A DNA stretch of 64,000 nucleotides from an uncultured Candidatus Saccharibacteria bacterium (GCA_964495685.1 CAZBVQ010000001.1:297521-361520); one strand, 5' to 3'; counted from the stretch's first letter, positions 1 to 9,766 are shown. Made by a program: numbers and translations. Notes: generated from the letters alone by a model not told the origin.

Positions 1-14
1 GTATACTGTGAAGC

Positions 15-410
15 ATGAAATACGGCAATAGGTCGGTTTGGAGACGCTTCATATCGTCACCTATCTCGTTGGTGGTGCTGGTGATCGCTCTCGTGGTGCT
101 GATTCGGGCCAGTAGTAATATACATGACAAAGCACGCCTGAGTGCCACCAGACTCGAACAGGCCCAAAATAGTCTCAATACACTGGTGGATCATCAGCGC
201 GATATTGCTGCCAAGGTGGACTATCTTTCTACGGATCAGGGTATTGAGGCGGAAATGCGTACGCGATACCATGCAGTCAAAGAGGGGGAATCTGTGGCGG
301 TAATTGTTGATGATCACCAAGTTGCGGCAGTAGCCTTGGCCTCGTCCACTACACAAGGCACTACTACGTTGAGTTGGTTTGGTCGTCTGTTGCGTGGGAT
401 CGGCTTCTGA
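15..410 (+). CDS. Septum formation initiator family protein (FtsB/DivIC-like)
   Basis: N-terminal TM helix, coiled coil, then LSTDQGIEAEMR...VKEGE pattern typical of FtsB/DivIC. Confidence 0.7.
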   Translation: MKYGNRSVWRRFISSPISLVVLVIALVVLIRASSNIHDKARLSATRLEQAQNSLNTLVDHQRDIAAKVDYLSTDQGIEAEMRTRYHAVKEGESVAVIVDDHQVAAVALASSTTQGTTTLSWFGRLLRGIGF

Positions 411-461
411 GGGTAGTATTATGGAATGCGAAGTTCGCCTTCGCTCGTCTTGGCGGGCCTG

Positions 462-500
462 CCCGCCGAAGCTCGGAGCGAAGCGCAGAGCGTAGGCGGG
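462..500. repeat. REP-like hairpin CCCGCC-GAAGCT...AGCGTA-GGCGGG overlapping the tRNA-Gly 5' end
   Basis: Inverted arms seen directly; same internal motif at 49479 and 62767. Confidence 0.65.
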
Positions 501-566
501 TATAGTTTAGTGGTAGAACGAGTGCTTCCCAAGCATTAGATCGGAGTTCGATTCTCCGTACCCGCA
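496..566 (+). tRNA. tRNA-Gly(CCC)
   Basis: GCGGGTA/TACCCGC acceptor stem, anticodon arm AGTGC-TTCCCAA-GCATT, GTTCGATTC T-loop; CCA not encoded. Confidence 0.95.
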
Positions 567-673
567 CAATCGAGATGGATGCGTCACTAGCACGAGAGTG
601 CCCTAAGTGGTGTACAAATCCATGCGTTTTTAGAACTTTCAGAACCATAATTTTATGGTAAACTTGCGATATC

Positions 674-1264
674 ATGAAAAACAAACAAAAAGGTTTTATA
701 ATTCCTTTTTTACTAGTAATTATTGCGTTGATAGTGATAGGAGGTGGCGTGTATATTTACAACAAAAATAGTGTGGAGACTCCTGATAAGAGCTCAAAGA
801 CATATACGAATACGCAATACAAGTTCTCGTTTAATTACCCTTCAGTCTTCACTATATCTAATCAAAATATAGGTCAAGAAGGATTAGTCCTTCTACGAGA
901 TAGTTCCAAAACATTTCCTAATACTGATCTCCACAATCAGATTTTGGTATCCGCTTTTTCTGCGAAAGGAGCCACCTCCTTTGCTGATTACCTGACGAAA
1001 TATCCTATTGTTGATGCAAATTCTAATAGACCATTAAACTTTGTTCAAAGAACATTGGGATCGAATATTTTCTATTACGCACAGACAGAACGTTTCGAGG
1101 GGACTCTTTCTTATAGTTATTATCTTCTCAAAGGGGATACTATCTTCGATTTCACTTCAATCTCTCATGGTGTTGCTTGGACTGATCCCAATCTAGACGT
1201 TGAAAATGATTCAACTCATTCCTTCTTGAAAGGCTTACTTACATCGTTAAGGTTCACACATTAA
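674..1264 (+). CDS. Membrane-anchored surface protein with prepilin-like N-terminus and PsbP-like ectodomain start
   Basis: KQKGF followed by hydrophobic helix; TYTNTQYKFSFNYP motif common in CPR surface proteins; AT-rich. Confidence 0.55.
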   Translation: MKNKQKGFIIPFLLVIIALIVIGGGVYIYNKNSVETPDKSSKTYTNTQYKFSFNYPSVFTISNQNIGQEGLVLLRDSSKTFPNTDLHNQILVSAFSAKGATSFADYLTKYPIVDANSNRPLNFVQRTLGSNIFYYAQTERFEGTLSYSYYLLKGDTIFDFTSISHGVAWTDPNLDVENDSTHSFLKGLLTSLRFTH

Positions 1265-1314
1265 TTCCAGATAACACGTGATATAATGTACTCATTACTA
1301 GGCTATATATTCAC

Positions 1315-1665
1315 ATGAATTACTATCTCGGTGCGTGGAAGAAGTTCGCTGTATTTAGCGGTCGTGCTCGTCGCAAAGAGTACTGGATGTTTATACTCAT
1401 TGATATTATCGTTGCGGCTATATTGAGTATTATTGATGGTGCCGCGGGCGTTTCATTGTTGGTGCCAATATACGGTCTGGCAGTACTCATTCCAAGTCTC
1501 GCCATCTTATCTCGTCGCCTGCATGATACTGGCCGCAGTGCCTGGTGGATACTCATATGTCTCGTACCATTCATTGGTCAGATTGTTCTGATTATATTCG
1601 CGATATTTGATAGTCAGCCAGGGCAGAACAAATATGGTCCGAATCCGAAGGGGGTGGTTGCTTAG
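1315..1665 (+). CDS. DUF805 (YhaH-like) inner membrane protein
   Basis: FSGRARRKEYW, RRLHDTGRS and N-K-YG-P-P motifs. Confidence 0.9.
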   Translation: MNYYLGAWKKFAVFSGRARRKEYWMFILIDIIVAAILSIIDGAAGVSLLVPIYGLAVLIPSLAILSRRLHDTGRSAWWILICLVPFIGQIVLIIFAIFDSQPGQNKYGPNPKGVVA

Positions 1666-1677
1666 TGGCTTGTGATG

Positions 1678-1714
1678 AACAAAAATGCCGTAGATTAACT
1701 ACGGCATTTTTGTT
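1678..1714. terminator. Bidirectional intrinsic terminator
   Basis: AAAAATGCCGTAG / CTACGGCATTTTT inverted repeat between convergent genes. Confidence 0.8.
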
Positions 1715-1726
1715 GGTAGGTTGTAC

Positions 1727-1960
1727 TTAGAGTCCCAAGATCGTCCTCAACCTCTCCTCATCGAATCCGACAATGACTTCCTTGCCGGTATTGATGACGG
1801 GCACGCCCATCTGGCCAGTCATATCGATCATCTCTTTGCGCTTCTCAAGATCTGAAGCGACGTTGTGCTCGGCATATTCAATGCCGTTAGCCTTGAAGAA
1901 ATTCTTCGCCATGTTGCAATAGACACAGGTCGGCGTCGAATATATAGTCACTGTACTCAT
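1727..1960 (-). CDS. Glutaredoxin-like protein (NrdH/YruB type)
   Basis: TIYSTPTCVYC CxxC motif, GQMGVPVI, IVGFD; start moved to ATG at 1960. Confidence 0.9.
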   Translation of the reverse strand: MSTVTIYSTPTCVYCNMAKNFFKANGIEYAEHNVASDLEKRKEMIDMTGQMGVPVINTGKEVIVGFDEERLRTILGL

Positions 1961-2086
1961 ATGATTACTCGAACAAAAAGTTAGTGATAATAGTATCAAC
2001 CACGTAGATTCCAATTGTAACAGTATTACGGTACAGTGCAAATGGAAATATGTCGATATCTGTGGTCTTGTGTTATACTAGCCCCA

Positions 2087-3361
2087 ATGTCGTACGTGCA
2101 TCTGTTTTCGGCTTTCACCAGCCATCTCGAAGCTATAGTCACTCAGGGTGGCTATGTATTTTTGTTGCTGGCGACTCTTCTCGAGGGTATACCGCTTATC
2201 GGTATGCTTGTACCAGGACATATTTCGATCATTATTGCAGGTTTCCTGGGTAGTGTGGGGGTGCTCAATATCTATTGGGTGGGTGCCATAGCTCTGGTCG
2301 GAGCGGTTCTAGGTGATTTCATCGGTTTCCAGCTCGGTCGACGATACGGTATGTCATTCATTGACCGTCTGCGCCCATACTTCTTCATCAAGGATAGTCA
2401 CATCGAGAAGGCACGTTCATTGCTCGAACGTCACACGGGTAAGGCGATGATTATTGGACGTTTCAGTCCGATTACACGGGCACTCATGCCATTCTTGGTA
2501 GGTACCAGCCAGACGTCACGTGGCAAGTTCTGGCTATTCAATGTGATCGGTGCAATTAGTTGGACACTCTCATCTCTTCTGGTCGGATATGTTTTCGGAG
2601 CAGGGTACGGTGCTGCTGTCGAATACACAGGTACCTTCACCATATTTGCAATTATCACCTCGCTGGTCATTATTTGGGGATACTATTTCGTTAATGTTCG
2701 TTTCCATATTTTCAAGAAATATGAGCTCTTTGTTCTTATCTTGAACTTGGTGGCACTCTATGGACTATCCAAGACAATTCAAGATGCATGGGCTCCGACC
2801 TCATTCATGGCCAACTTCGATGTCTATGTCAATGGATTCTTCAGTGCGTTCAGTCAATCGCACCAATGGGTGCACGGGATTGCGCTGTGGGTTACTACTA
2901 TCGGAGGTACCACTGTCGTAGGCGCTCTCGGGCTTGTGGTGGCCGTTGCGCTTGCGTTCAAGCATCGCTGGCGTTCGGCTGCTATTATGATACTTGGTCT
3001 CGGGTCAGCAGGAATGGTCACTGGTGTCCTCAAAGAATTTTTCATGCGTGCTCGACCGCTCAATGCGCTGGTGACAAGCCTTACCGATGCGAGTTTCCCG
3101 AGCGGGCATGCGGCTACGGCAGCGGCATTCTTCGTGATCATCGGGTATCTCCTTGTCCGTCGTATCAAGTCAGTCATTGTCCGTGAACTGGTAATCGTGG
3201 CCTGTGTCTTGGCGACGATTGCGGTAGGTCTCAGTCGTGTCGCCTTGAATGTGCACTGGGCTTCGGATGTTATCGGTGGATGGTCACTCGGTATATTCAT
3301 GGCCACGGCCTCAATATTGTTGGTGAGGTATGTGACGGTGTTGGTGGTGAAGCGAGGCTAA
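2087..3361 (+). CDS. Bifunctional DedA / PAP2 phosphatase membrane protein
   Basis: DedA motifs (LEG...PG, GD...F.LGR, GRF.P..R) plus PAP2 motifs (K...R.RP, SFPSGH, SRV.L.VHW.SDV). Confidence 0.9.
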   Translation: MSYVHLFSAFTSHLEAIVTQGGYVFLLLATLLEGIPLIGMLVPGHISIIIAGFLGSVGVLNIYWVGAIALVGAVLGDFIGFQLGRRYGMSFIDRLRPYFFIKDSHIEKARSLLERHTGKAMIIGRFSPITRALMPFLVGTSQTSRGKFWLFNVIGAISWTLSSLLVGYVFGAGYGAAVEYTGTFTIFAIITSLVIIWGYYFVNVRFHIFKKYELFVLILNLVALYGLSKTIQDAWAPTSFMANFDVYVNGFFSAFSQSHQWVHGIALWVTTIGGTTVVGALGLVVAVALAFKHRWRSAAIMILGLGSAGMVTGVLKEFFMRARPLNALVTSLTDASFPSGHAATAAAFFVIIGYLLVRRIKSVIVRELVIVACVLATIAVGLSRVALNVHWASDVIGGWSLGIFMATASILLVRYVTVLVVKRG

Positions 3362-3418
3362 GATTTGATATACTATGCCGTGTTCGCCCGATTTATTATT
3401 CATAAGTAATAGGATTTT

Positions 3419-4150
3419 ATGTACAAATTGGTATTAATGAGACATGGACAGACGGTATACAACAAGCAGAAAATATTTTGTGGATGGACTGACGTGGATC
3501 TGACAGAGCAGGGTGTTTTTGAAGCCAAAAGTGCTGGGCAAAACCTCAAGAAAGCAGGATATACATTTGACGTTGGTTTTTGTTCAGTCCTCAAGCGTTC
3601 AATGGAAACACTGAGTATTGTTCTCGATGAAATGGGCATCGTGGACTTGCCGGTAGACTATTCGTGGCGTCTTAACGAGCGTCATTATGGATCATTGCAG
3701 GGCCAGAAACATGAAGATGTCGCCAAAACCTGTAGTCCTGAGCAAGTCCAAATCTGGAGGAGAAGTTTTTGTGAAAGACCTCCACAACTTACTCAAGATG
3801 ACCCAAGAAATCCTTGTAACGATCCGAAGTATTGCGATATCGACAAGAAGGATTTGCCCTGCGGAGAATCTCTTGAGGATACAATAAAGCGTGTTCTGCC
3901 ATATCTCGAAGGATCTATTTTGCCCAAGGTCAAAGAAGGTAAGAGGGTAGTGGTGGCTGCAAGTGGCAACAGCCTCCGTGCACTCATTAAGTACATGGAC
4001 AAGATCAGTGACACCGATATTGTTGGTCTCGAAATCAAGACGGGTACACCGCTCGTCTATGAGCTCGATGATTCACTCAAGCCAATTCGCAAATATTACC
4101 TCGTCGATGGAGGCAAAGAAGAGCTGATTGAGATTGTGAAGAAGGGGTAA
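3419..4150 (+). CDS. gpmA: 2,3-bisphosphoglycerate-dependent phosphoglycerate mutase
   Basis: LVLMRHG, GWTDVDL, WRLNERHYGSLQG, WRRS, GNSLRAL. Confidence 0.92.
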   Translation: MYKLVLMRHGQTVYNKQKIFCGWTDVDLTEQGVFEAKSAGQNLKKAGYTFDVGFCSVLKRSMETLSIVLDEMGIVDLPVDYSWRLNERHYGSLQGQKHEDVAKTCSPEQVQIWRRSFCERPPQLTQDDPRNPCNDPKYCDIDKKDLPCGESLEDTIKRVLPYLEGSILPKVKEGKRVVVAASGNSLRALIKYMDKISDTDIVGLEIKTGTPLVYELDDSLKPIRKYYLVDGGKEELIEIVKKG

Positions 4151-4360
4151 AATTAGGTGTCTCAGAGTACCCTTGACCCCACTCGAATACCCCATGATGT
4201 AATTTTCCTCTTCATTACACCACACCGCCCGAGTTCGGATTCAGGCCATTATTTCATACAATGATTTGACGACTAGTCAACTCAATGAGGGAACAGGGGA
4301 TGTGCTTGCAGCGGCGATATAATTATCCGGCGAGACATAACCCCCTCGCACACTATCAAT

Positions 4361-4429
4361 ATGGCAAAGAAGCCTGCACCAGCTCCTGCTCCACAAGAGC
4401 AGCAGCCTCAGACTCCTCCGCAAGCATAG
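4361..4429 (+). CDS. Putative 22-aa Pro/Ala/Gln-rich small protein (MAKKPAPAPAPQEQQPQTPPQA)
   Basis: Below ORF-track cutoff; TATAAT upstream, ACTATCAAT-ATG context, terminator downstream. Confidence 0.45.
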   Translation: MAKKPAPAPAPQEQQPQTPPQA

Positions 4430-4447
4430 TTTGCGAGGGATGTAGAA

Positions 4448-4482
4448 AGAAAACCGCGCATCAATGAGATGGGCGGTTTTCT
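4448..4482. terminator. Intrinsic terminator
   Basis: AGAAAACCGC...GCGGTTTTCT hairpin. Confidence 0.65.
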
Positions 4483-4590
4483 GTGCGATACGCTTGCAAT
4501 TATGATGGAAGTGTGTTAGGGTCCGATGCGAACCTCAGATGGTCACTCATGACGAGTGATCAGGGGATGACAGTGTTGAAAGGACCCAAT

Positions 4591-5436
4591 ATGAAACGAA
4601 TCGTAAGTTTACTGATCATGGTAGCGGTACTGTGGTTTGTTCCACATGTGACATATGCGGACGGGGCACCCGCGATCGCGGAAGCGCGGATTGTGCAGAA
4701 TTATCTCAACAAGACGGAATACCCGTATCAAGAGTTTTGCCTCGGCGGCGGACAGTGTGGATGGGCGAACTCGACGCATCCCAAGAGCAAAATGGAGAAG
4801 ACGGTCATTGTTACTGGTTGGAACCCGGGAAGCACGGACGATCCCACCACATACACTCGCACGACAGATGTGCATACTGGGCCGGTGTACCACGATCATT
4901 CGATCGCGGTCACGGTATGTTCCAGCACGCCACCATCCAGCGGCTACTTGGCCGAATATAGCTACGCTGCTGGCGGTGCTTGGCAGACCAGCAGCATACC
5001 CTTTTTCAGTCTTCCCGGCGAAGACATGAAGGGACAATTGGTGGCGTATTCGACCAATGCCAACGAGTATTACACCAAGAGAAGTATTTCCATCAATTCG
5101 AGTCAGGTGTTCCGGTATCGGAATACCAGCACTGAGTGGTCATACACCTATCGCATCTACGTGTGTGCGGTTGCCTGCAAGGCAACACCCGAGTCCCTGT
5201 ACCCAATCCTTGAAGAAGAGAAGGCCATTCCGCCGGCGAACCTTACGGTAAGGAATCATCCGTTGACGGACAACGACGACGACCTGTACGGATACTTTGA
5301 TGTCGTTATCGCTCCAGACTCAATCGGCGAAATTGACGTGACTCCTTCGGTCAGTGGAGTTGCCTGCATTAGTTACGCAGGGTTTGCGGACCTGTTATCC
5401 ACGACGTACGTGGGTGGCGGTGGCGGTCAAGATTGA
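4591..5436 (+). CDS. Hypothetical secreted protein (orphan, beta-rich)
   Basis: Signal peptide MKRIVSLLIMVAVLWFVPHVTYA; GAAAGGA upstream; hairpin plus T tract downstream. Confidence 0.65.
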   Translation: MKRIVSLLIMVAVLWFVPHVTYADGAPAIAEARIVQNYLNKTEYPYQEFCLGGGQCGWANSTHPKSKMEKTVIVTGWNPGSTDDPTTYTRTTDVHTGPVYHDHSIAVTVCSSTPPSSGYLAEYSYAAGGAWQTSSIPFFSLPGEDMKGQLVAYSTNANEYYTKRSISINSSQVFRYRNTSTEWSYTYRIYVCAVACKATPESLYPILEEEKAIPPANLTVRNHPLTDNDDDLYGYFDVVIAPDSIGEIDVTPSVSGVACISYAGFADLLSTTYVGGGGGQD

Positions 5437-5550
5437 GACCGGCCTGTCAGTAGTTTTCACAGCGTCCACCTTGCCGGTGGCGCTTTTTTTATATCATATA
5501 TCCTCTATACGCAACACGACCCCGCGTGTGCGGGGCCGGGCTGCCATAGG

Positions 5551-5680
5551 GTAGGCGCTTGTCCATGTAGAGATAGTATCCGAAATATATAAGGTGGAAC
5601 CGAGGTCCGGCGCTGGGGCCAGGAGCTTGTGTGGTTCCTATAAAATTAGTTAAGGATCTTCTCTATGAACAAATGCCTAC
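5551..5680 (-). ncRNA. Candidate structured ncRNA, 6S RNA-like rod with central AT-rich bubble
   Basis: Closing stem 5551-5573 / 5660-5680, A/T-rich internal loop, GGAACC/GGTTCC inner stem; minus-strand TTGACT-16-CATACT promoter at 5712-5685. Confidence 0.45.
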
Positions 5681-5784
5681 TATCAGTATGGACCTGATGC
5701 TATCAAAGTCAATAACAAAAAGCCTCAAAAGCGTGGGTAACCTGTAGATAAGGTGGGTATAAATCCACGATTCCTGTGGAAAAC

Positions 5785-5803
5785 TTCCAGGCCGGGCCTG
5801 GAA
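5785..5803. repeat. Short palindrome TTCCAGGC-CGG-GCCTGGAA
   Basis: Compensatory variant of the palindrome at 8602, 17491 and 32384; abuts the dnaE stop. Confidence 0.75.
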
Positions 5804-8800
5804 TTACAACGCCCTCAATCGCTCAAGTAGGAAACTTTTCTCACCGTTGCGTGTATTTACAGTCGCTTTTATGGCTACGCACTTGTCAGGAGCGATCAAT
5901 GAATGAAATTCTTTGTACACACGAGGGAATGCCACCGCCTCAGCTGAGCCAGAGAAGTCTTGGACAGTGACGAATGCCATAGTCTCATTTTTCTTTGTTT
6001 GAATCTCACGAACTTCAGTAATGATGCCAGCGAAAATGGTGGTCGCACCCTCCTTGATAGTCTCAAATGCTTTCTTGATATCCATTCCATTTTTTGTGAT
6101 GACCTCACGGTATCGTTCGAGTGGATGGCCGGAAATGTACAAGCCCAGCAACTCTTTTTCCCAGGCAAGCTTGTCACGCATTTCTGCAGGAGGTACATCT
6201 GCAAGTCGCAGTGTAGGTACGCTCGAGGTATCGGTCATGCCGCCGAACAAGGAATCCTGGTCTGCATGTTGTTTACTGTTTTCCTTGTTGTATTCGAGCA
6301 TAAGGTCAAGGTTGGCGAGCATGACGCCACGGTCGACACCGAAACAGTCCATGGCACCAGCTTTGATGAGAGATTCGAGAGATTTTTTGTTGAGATTCTT
6401 GTCTTTGACGCGGTCTAGGAAATTGGATAATGACGTGAATGTGCCAGCACGCTTTCGTTCCTCGATGATGGCTGTCGAGATGCCTTGACCGAAGTTCTTG
6501 ATGGTAACGAGACCGAAGCGGATGCGGTATCTGGGAACGTCAGGAGGATATGTCTCCTCAGCGAACGGCGTCGGCTTCTGCTGAAGCCGCGCCTCATTCT
6601 CCCTCGCCTCCGCTCGGTCCGAAGGTCGCTTCGAAGACACATCCTCCTGACGTTCCTTGATTACCGTAAACTGACTGAAGCTCTCATTTACATCAGGAGG
6701 AAGTACTGGAATCCCGATACGCTTACATTCAGCGATTGTCTCGGCCACTTTCTCCGTATCGCCTTGCTCCGAGGTGAGTACGGCTGATAGATAAATTTCA
6801 GGGAAATGCGCCTTGAGGTATGCGGTGATATACGCCACACGACCATAAGATACCGAGTGGGCCTTGTTGAAACCGTAGGCTGCGAATGGCTCGATCCATT
6901 TCCAGACTTCTTTTGCCTTCTTTTCTGACCATTTGCTGTGTGAGATACATCCCTTGATGAACTTATCTTTTTGCAGTGCCATTTCCTCAGGGATCTTTTT
7001 ACCCACCGCTTTGCGGAATTTGTCGACTTCGCCCCAACTATATCCCGCGATCAGGTGCGCCATCATCAGGAGGTCGTCTTGATAGACAAGAATACCGTAG
7101 GTTTTGTCGAGAATTTTCTCGAGCATAGGGTCGAGATATGAAATGAGTGAGCGATCGTGTTTGCGCGCAATATAGTCAGGAATGAAGCCGATCGGACCAG
7201 GACGGTACAATGCCACCATGGCGTTGATGTCGTGAATGGTGCTTGGTTTGAGGTCTTTGAGGAATCGAGTCATACCATCACCGTTGAGCTGGAATAGGTC
7301 AGCAGTTTCACCACGAGCGAGCATTTCGAATGTCTTCTTGTCGTCTACCGGTATAGTGTCATAATCGACGTCCACACCGTCAATTTTCTTGATACGCTCG
7401 ATAGTGTCGGCGATGATGGTCAAGTTTTTGAGACCAAGGAAGTCGAATTTGAGCAGCCCGGCTTCTTCGATCGAATACATATCGTACTGGGTGATGATTT
7501 TGCCTTCGCCCTTGGGATCAAACTGGAGCGGCGTATAGTCGGTCAATGACGAAGGTGAGATGACCACGCCCGCAGCATGCACACCGATGTGTCGTGCACA
7601 ACCTTCGATCTTGCGAGCCATGTCAATAATGCGTCGCGTGTCAGGTTCAGTGTCGTAGGCGCTCTTGAGTTCGGGAGTCTCTTGAAGTGCGCGCTCAATG
7701 GTCATAGGGAAGCCTTGAGAGCCCATGGGAATGAGTTTGGAAATACGGTCACCGACATCATAAGGGAAACCCATAGCACGAGCTACGTCACGGACTGAAC
7801 CGCGAGCAGCCATAGTACCGAACGTACCGATCTGCGCCACTTTGTCTGCACCGTATTTGCGTCGGACATAGTCGATGACTTCGTCGCGTCTATCGTCGGC
7901 ATAGTCCATATCGATATCGGGAGCTGAGGGACGATCAGGGTTGAGGAAGCGCTCGAAGGGGATTTCGTATTCGATGGGGTTGATATTGGTGATACCTGCC
8001 AAGAAGGTGACCAACGAACCAGAGACGGAGCCACGAATATTTGAGAGGATTTTATTCTCGCGAGCGAAGCGGAGCATGTCTGCCACGACCAGGAAGTAGG
8101 GAGCATATCCTTTGTCTCGAATGACTTTCAGCTCATATTCAGCACGTTTGACGAGGTCGTCAGTTTTGGGGACATTGCGTCGAGCAAATCCCTCGAAGAC
8201 GATATGGTGAAGCTCATCGTCGGCGCTTCGACCGCTCTCTACCTTCAAGGCTGGAAATACCCATTTGCCCAGCTCGAGTTTCAAGTTGCATGCGTCGACA
8301 ATTTTCTGAGTATTTTCGAGTGCTTCAGGCATGTCATGGAAGAGTTCCTCGGCACGCTCGGCGGAAATAAATGAAAAATCATCTTCGTCACTATCTGATA
8401 TTTTGTCAGAGGAATCACTGTGTGAGTTGACGCGTACGAGTGTCTCACGAGCGAAACGATCGTCCGGGTTGAGGTAGTAGACGTCATGTGCAGCCATGAC
8501 AGGAATCTCTTGTTTCTTGGCGAATTGCACCAGTGTCTTCATGGTAGATTCGTGACCATCGATCTCGGGGTGGCGCGTGATTTCAAGGTAGAGACGGTCT
8601 GTTTCTAGGCCGGGCCTAGAAAATACTTTCTTGTAGAATGTCGCGATCTCAGTGGCTTTCTCTTGATTCCTGCCGCCAAGTGCGTGGACTATTTCGCCGG
8701 AGAATGACGGCATGATGCAGATGAGACCCTCATTATATTTCTCAATGAGTTCACGGTCGATGCGTGGCTTGTAGTAGAAGCCTTCGAGGTGAGAGATGGT

Positions 8801-9118
8801 AACGAGTTGGACGAGGTTGCGGTAGCCGGTTTCATTCATAGCCAGAAGGACGAGACGACTGCGTCGATTGTCGATACCGGGCTGCATGTCTTTCCTGGAA
8901 CGTGCGGCTACATAGAAATCGACGCCAATGATTGGTTTGAGCTCTTTTTTCTGGCAGGCCTTGTAGAATTCGATGGCGCCGTAAAGGTTGCCGTTGTCGG
9001 TGAGGGCCAAGGCATTCATGCCATGTTTCTTGGCAGCCGCGACTAGATCGTCGATCTTGGGCAGGGCAGAAAGGAGGGAATAGTGGGAGTGGGTGTGGAG
9101 GTGGGCGAACAGGCTCAT
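5804..9118 (-). CDS. dnaE: DNA polymerase III alpha subunit
   Basis: HLHTHSHYSLL PHP domain, PDIDMD catalytic motif, GLLKFDFLGL, YGFNKAHS, C-terminal OB fold. Confidence 0.98.
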   Translation of the reverse strand: MSLFAHLHTHSHYSLLSALPKIDDLVAAAKKHGMNALALTDNGNLYGAIEFYKACQKKELKPIIGVDFYVAARSRKDMQPGIDNRRSRLVLLAMNETGYRNLVQLVTISHLEGFYYKPRIDRELIEKYNEGLICIMPSFSGEIVHALGGRNQEKATEIATFYKKVFSRPGLETDRLYLEITRHPEIDGHESTMKTLVQFAKKQEIPVMAAHDVYYLNPDDRFARETLVRVNSHSDSSDKISDSDEDDFSFISAERAEELFHDMPEALENTQKIVDACNLKLELGKWVFPALKVESGRSADDELHHIVFEGFARRNVPKTDDLVKRAEYELKVIRDKGYAPYFLVVADMLRFARENKILSNIRGSVSGSLVTFLAGITNINPIEYEIPFERFLNPDRPSAPDIDMDYADDRRDEVIDYVRRKYGADKVAQIGTFGTMAARGSVRDVARAMGFPYDVGDRISKLIPMGSQGFPMTIERALQETPELKSAYDTEPDTRRIIDMARKIEGCARHIGVHAAGVVISPSSLTDYTPLQFDPKGEGKIITQYDMYSIEEAGLLKFDFLGLKNLTIIADTIERIKKIDGVDVDYDTIPVDDKKTFEMLARGETADLFQLNGDGMTRFLKDLKPSTIHDINAMVALYRPGPIGFIPDYIARKHDRSLISYLDPMLEKILDKTYGILVYQDDLLMMAHLIAGYSWGEVDKFRKAVGKKIPEEMALQKDKFIKGCISHSKWSEKKAKEVWKWIEPFAAYGFNKAHSVSYGRVAYITAYLKAHFPEIYLSAVLTSEQGDTEKVAETIAECKRIGIPVLPPDVNESFSQFTVIKERQEDVSSKRPSDRAEARENEARLQQKPTPFAEETYPPDVPRYRIRFGLVTIKNFGQGISTAIIEERKRAGTFTSLSNFLDRVKDKNLNKKSLESLIKAGAMDCFGVDRGVMLANLDLMLEYNKENSKQHADQDSLFGGMTDTSSVPTLRLADVPPAEMRDKLAWEKELLGLYISGHPLERYREVITKNGMDIKKAFETIKEGATTIFAGIITEVREIQTKKNETMAFVTVQDFSGSAEAVAFPRVYKEFHSLIAPDKCVAIKATVNTRNGEKSFLLERLRAL
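6534..6656. mobile_element. 123-bp palindromic element inserted in frame in dnaE
   Basis: 22-bp terminal inverted repeats with 1 mismatch; encodes about 41 extra aa between FTVIK and IRFGL. Confidence 0.7.
8602..8622. repeat. Palindrome TTTCTAGGC-CGG-GCCTAGAAA inside the dnaE coding sequence (FSRPGLE)
   Basis: Identical core to the intergenic copies. Confidence 0.75.
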
Positions 9119-9215
9119 GGATTGATTATACGGGAAAAAGATAGATAATTGAACGGGATTGACACTTTCGCTACCTAGTTATAGTGTTAGGGAAACCAAC
9201 CGGAGATTTTGTTCT

Positions 9216-9644
9216 ATGTCTGAATCAAATATGCAAGCACGTACGAACTTCTTGAACGCGCTCTACTTCTTTGTCACTGACCACAAGAATGACGAAAAAA
9301 GAATTAGGGCCATTGAGTGTGCGGAGAAACTGGGCGGTCAAACATTACGCAAGCAAGTTGAGGACATCATGCCACTCCTCGTGCAAGGGCACCAATTCGC
9401 TTGGATTTCACTACTTGCGTGGATTGGTAACCAAAGACACTTCTTTGACCCTTTCAAGGGGCAATCACCTTTTGCCAATAAAATTATTGCCGTCATTCGT
9501 GAAGGGATGATTTGCGAGGATGTGTTACCCCTAGCGCATGTTGAAAAATTGTGGGACGAAGTTGAGCCGGCAGGCTTCTTGAGGTTGATACTGGTCTATC
9601 CGCCAGGCAGCAAGCCTAGCCTGTTCGCTTTGCAAGGTTCTTGA
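9216..9644 (+). CDS. Hypothetical protein (orphan cassette)
   Basis: ORF with upstream TTGACA and GGAG, downstream CCCGG hairpin plus T tract at 9661-9689. Confidence 0.55.
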   Translation: MSESNMQARTNFLNALYFFVTDHKNDEKRIRAIECAEKLGGQTLRKQVEDIMPLLVQGHQFAWISLLAWIGNQRHFFDPFKGQSPFANKIIAVIREGMICEDVLPLAHVEKLWDEVEPAGFLRLILVYPPGSKPSLFALQGS

Positions 9645-9766
9645 TCCGTAGATCGTAAACCACCCGGTGTCTCAGCGCCGGGTTTTTTTATTGTTGAGCT
9701 ATTCGCAAGCAGTCTTTTTATTTAAACTCGCAAGCTTTATTTGCCTGTTCTGCTATCATAGGACCA

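Noticed and set aside
5730-5790. Replication origin
   Set aside because: Only two or three degenerate DnaA boxes, no dnaA/dnaN nearby and no clear unwinding element
6534-6656. Intein or self-splicing intron in dnaE, gyrB or tsaD
   Set aside because: Inserts are 30-41 aa with no C/S...HN intein ends and are too short for group I/II cores; no ribozyme consensus recognised
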